A DNA stretch of 63,038 bases, counting the filler, from Rhabdomonas costata (Eukaryota), in NCBI GenBank assembly GCA_019059605.1. It is 33 parts of 33 records of this genome, joined end to end, with 100 filler letters (N's around TTAATTAATTAA, not from the genome) between each part and the next. Parts side by side here need not be neighbours in the genome. Positions count along the whole stretch, not along the records: positions 59,313 to 61,126 come from JAHMHO010008713.1; positions 61,227 to 63,038 come from JAHMHO010008714.1; 31 more parts are not named here. The stretch is one strand, 5' to 3'. Every line of letters starts with the position of its first letter. The first letter of the stretch is position 1. The position numbers were made by a program, and so were the translations under genes. Under the pieces are notes generated by a model. It had not been told where the DNA came from, searched no databases, and saw only the letters and a list, made by a program, of their open reading frames with translations. Below are positions 59,670 to 63,038 of the stretch, piece by piece.

Positions 59670-60673
59670 CATTGGTGTCAGTGAAGAACTTGCGGGCGAT
59701 AGTGGAAACTCCAGACCGAGGGAACTCCCTGCGAATCAGCTCAAACAGTGTGGTCTCTGCCATGGTGTTGGGGAAAACCACCTCCTGCAAGCCAAAGTAA
59801 ATTCTCTCAGGCAGCCGGGGAAAGGCAAAGCTAGCAGACTCTGCTCCTTCCAACGACGCGGACAATAACCCACATACGCGAAGGCTCAACAAGTGATCCG
59901 CGGGCGCACCAACTCCATGCACAATAGTGGAGGTAGGGGTAGAACGGTGGAGGGGCATCATGCACCCGTGGGACGAACACCCCCAGCTGCTGCAGAGTAT
60001 TGACTGCCATCATACTGTCTTTGTACTCATTGAGAACCAAAGTGTACGAGCGGAGATCAACCGTCGCCAGCCCCACCTGTCAGAAGGGAAAGGAAGGCGA
60101 AGGAAGGAGACGGGCAATCAAAAAAGCTTGCCATTCCCCTCCCTCCTCCTCCTCCCCAACACCACACACCAAACACGGGAACTCGCCGTGGTACCAGCTT
60201 TGGGTACCCAGAAAACGACGGACTTTTTTAATATTGAGTCACTACAAATCAAAAAGCTTCGATGCCTTCATAACAGTTTGATTCGTATGCACGCGTATGT
60301 TAACCTCGCTGGCGTTGTTGTTGATCACGGCTGCAATTGTCACCGAGGATTCCTCCCCATGCAGATAACCACTGCCATAACCGCCGCCGAAGCCGCCGCC
60401 ACTGTTGCCACTTGCGCTGCTGAAGGGCATATCTTGGAAGGCAGACCCGGGAGGGAGGCCGCGCCACTCATTCGCGCCGGAAACCCCTGCGTCTCTTTGT
60501 GATAAGAACGGCGACGACGAAGAAAGAGCCGACAACGACGACAACGACGAGGACGAGGAGGAGGACGACCCCAGGCTTCTGTGGCGATTTGTCGTGGTGC
60601 CGGCCACCTCCCTGAACTCCGGGAAGAGAGAAGTGTGGTACCGGGGCGGACGATTGGCCACGGGCTCAGCCAT
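59670..60673 (-). CDS. Hypothetical protein, Ser/Gly-rich N-terminus and possible ubiquitin-like fold; exons 60673-60266, 60076-59966, 59784-59670
   Basis: ...EVNIRVHTNQTVMK|(GC donor) VGLATVDLRSYTLVLNE...NTLQQLGVFVPR|EVVFPNT...; phases compatible. Confidence 0.6.
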
Positions 60674-61229
60674 ACCGAACACCCACACGAACAAACGCCT
60701 GTCACAACACATGAACGCAGGGAAGGGAACCAAACCTTGCCAAGGAGGAAAAAATGCAGTTGGGCAGGCAATCATTCGAATGCAAGGAACCAGCCAAGCG
60801 AAGCTCATTTCAAAAATTGGCAAAGGCGAAGCTGGTGCAGGGATGTAAATGCAGGAGGCCCCGTTAATGTCGTGGGGCGGCCGCTTTTGGCGGCCCTATT
60901 TCACCGCATCTTACACCTCCATCCCCACCCCATCCGCCCTCATGTCCCAAGGCAATACAGGCCAATAATCGGATCTCAGGCCAGCAGCATCCACACACTG
61001 AGATTTCGCAAGGTCCTGTGCTCACCAAACTCAACAGAGCCAAATGTGCCTCCGCGAATACGAATAATTTAGCCAGGGGCGGAAGCGTCGATAAATTCCT
61101 AGGGGCAGCTGCTGGTACCCCCAACANNNNNNNNNNNNNNNNNNNNNNNNNNNNNNNNNNNNNNNNNNNNTTAATTAATTAANNNNNNNNNNNNNNNNNN
61201 NNNNNNNNNNNNNNNNNNNNNNNNNNGGT

Positions 61230-63038
61230 GGTGGGGCGAACGGTGTCTCACCGCGAACGAAGAAACACACCAACTCGAGCTAGCGCCTCGACGAAGGCCT
61301 GCTCTGTCTGGGATGCGGTAATCACAGACGTGGGCTGGAACTGTAATTTGACTGCGGCGACACACGGCGAAACGTTCCCAAAGCATGTGGACGAAAACCG
61401 AAGAGAAAACACGAAGCGATGAAAAAAGATACCACCATTTCTGCATCAAGACGGAACACGGAGTGCAACTTCCCCTTTCTTGGGATGCACGCAATGATAA
61501 AGCAGCCAGCAAATCCAGGAGAACGGGGGAATCTGAACCTTAATCGGGGGTGCCGGTAGGATGCTTTGGTACGCGGTGTGGGGGGAGCATACTTGAATCA
61601 AGATTCAGGAAATGGTCGGTATCCTGAAACGAGGAAGGTGATTAAGACGATCGGCACGGCCTTCCTTTCCCTATACCCAACCTCAACCAAGGTGCCGTAT
61701 TAAAAAAAAACTTTGGGAGTTTAGCGCGATGCTTGCCAAAGTGTGGGAGCGTAAAACGAGATTTTGGAGACTTTGGAACAAAAAGCAGAGAGTCTGACGG
61801 GATCGAGATAAGTCGAAGACCACACAGGCAACGTACCATTGTCTCCCCGGCCTGGATAAGACCCGTGGCAGAGCAAAATACAGCGAAGCCCAACCTGTGT
61901 ATCAGCGACAACCCCGTAATGGCCGGAGAAAGAAGGCGGCCCAATAAGGTGCTTTGAGAACACCCGATGACACCCTACCTCGGACACAATGGAGCCTGAA
62001 TTTTCAAATCGTGGTCAAAGGCAGGCCCACATCATTCACGTAAAACCTTACGGCACCTTACTTGTTGCCAGTCTCAGAAGGCCAGGGAACGCTTTTCTGG
62101 CGAGATAATTGAGGGGGGGGGGTAAGAACAAAAGTGCACGCCTTCCTAGTTGCCAGAAGCAGCACAGCAGAACCTAAATGCAGGCAAAAACAATGGGAAG
62201 AATGCGCCGGAGAGAATGGAGCAAAAACAAAAAAGTCAATCCGACTTGTATAATCCAAATAAAGCCGGAAATCGTGATTCAATTCCATCCTTGAAAATCA
62301 AGGTGGCGAGACAGAAGGATGTCTTAACCGATTGAGGCTGAGCGAGGTTGAGACATTATAACGGATTTTCCGAAGCACCTTCCGTTGCGCTGGCAAGCAG
62401 GGCGGAGCATGCCTCCTCAGGCACCTCAGGGGCTTCACCAGGCTCATCTGGAGGCCTCCTTGCGGAGAAGCCAGGGTTCCCAGCAACCTCGGCATTGACC
62501 ATGGGCACGGCCATATTTTTAGTATTAAAAAACACACTCCAACAAACACTTCACGGGCCAGGGACTGAAAAGGATCACAGGTCGTTTGGCAGATGGACAA
62601 CAAGCTTCCATGAACGCAAAGCGGTTTCCTTTTTCTCATAGTAGTTGCTCTTATGCTACCTCATTGCGAACGCCAGGCGAGGCCAAAGGCAGCGCAAATA
62701 GAGAGATCTATTCGGAAAAGCACTGGCCCAGATCCTGAATCAAACATACTTTTCTTCTGAGCCCTACGCCGGTCGCCATATCGTGCATACGAGAAAAAAC
62801 CTGTCAAACCGCTGCAACGCACAAGAACCTCCCGGAATTGGGCTGACACCTGCCCTATTCGGCTTACAGTAACCCAACGAACAATTTTTTCTTTTGCCAG
62901 GTTTTAGTTTAGAAAAGAGTTCAGACGTCAAAATGCAGCGAGGCAGGAGCGAAGTAATCCAGTGGAGCATTTCTTCCGCAAAGCCCTTTATGTTCTTGCA
63001 ACAGGGGATCATAAGGCAGGAGCACAATCCAGCCACAG
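61230..63038 (-). mobile_element. Decayed DIRS-order retrotransposon with RT-end, RNase H and tyrosine-recombinase remnants
   Basis: In order: KLKPGKRKNCSLGY; AAFGLAW; FVGVC...IWPCPW/VNAEVAG...AQRKVLRKI; FAVFCSATGLIQAGET; AGLRRGASS; many stops and frameshifts. Confidence 0.45.

Noticed and set aside
1..63038. tRNA, rRNA, SL RNA or snRNA genes
   Set aside because: No cloverleaf, rRNA block or spliced-leader sequence recognised by eye; tRNAscan-SE and Infernal/Rfam are needed to exclude them.

Overview
This is not contiguous DNA. It is 33 unrelated contigs of about 1.81 kb (1807-1823 bp, apparently size-sorted), joined by an artificial 100-bp spacer (N44-TTAATTAATTAA-N44, stops in all six frames), so gene order across spacers means nothing. 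The sequence is from an intron-rich eukaryote, most plausibly a euglenid/euglenozoan protist. That is an inference from GH81 beta-1,3-glucanase, calpain-like and receptor-type membrane proteins, an interstitial TTAGGG repeat and an end-paired non-canonical intron. Recognisable spliced gene fragments: ABCB-type ABC transporter NBD, Sel1-repeat protein, ESCRT-III (CHMP2/Vps2-like), kanadaptin-like FHA protein, GH81 glucanase, calpain domain III, CNNM/DUF21, a MIB/HERC2-like domain, two TM+sensor receptor N-termini, and an intronless NMNAT-like nucleotidyltransferase fused to two SH3b-like domains. Non-coding DNA holds decayed mobile elements: probable tyrosine-recombinase (DIRS-order) retrotransposon relics in several contigs, a CRE-like and a LINE-like non-LTR RT relic, a frameshifted trimeric dUTPase, a three-copy interspersed repeat and a recurrent CGTYTARCA palindromic motif. 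25/33 contigs start with a G/T-only run and 25/33 end with an A/C-only run, which fits degenerate-K-primer whole-genome amplification. The best biological leads are a GA-AG intron with base-paired ends plus a 14-nt micro-exon in the GH81 gene, the NMNAT-like/SH3b fusion and the YR-retroelement family. I found no complete novel system, CRISPR array, tRNA or rRNA. All family calls are by eye, not from database searches.
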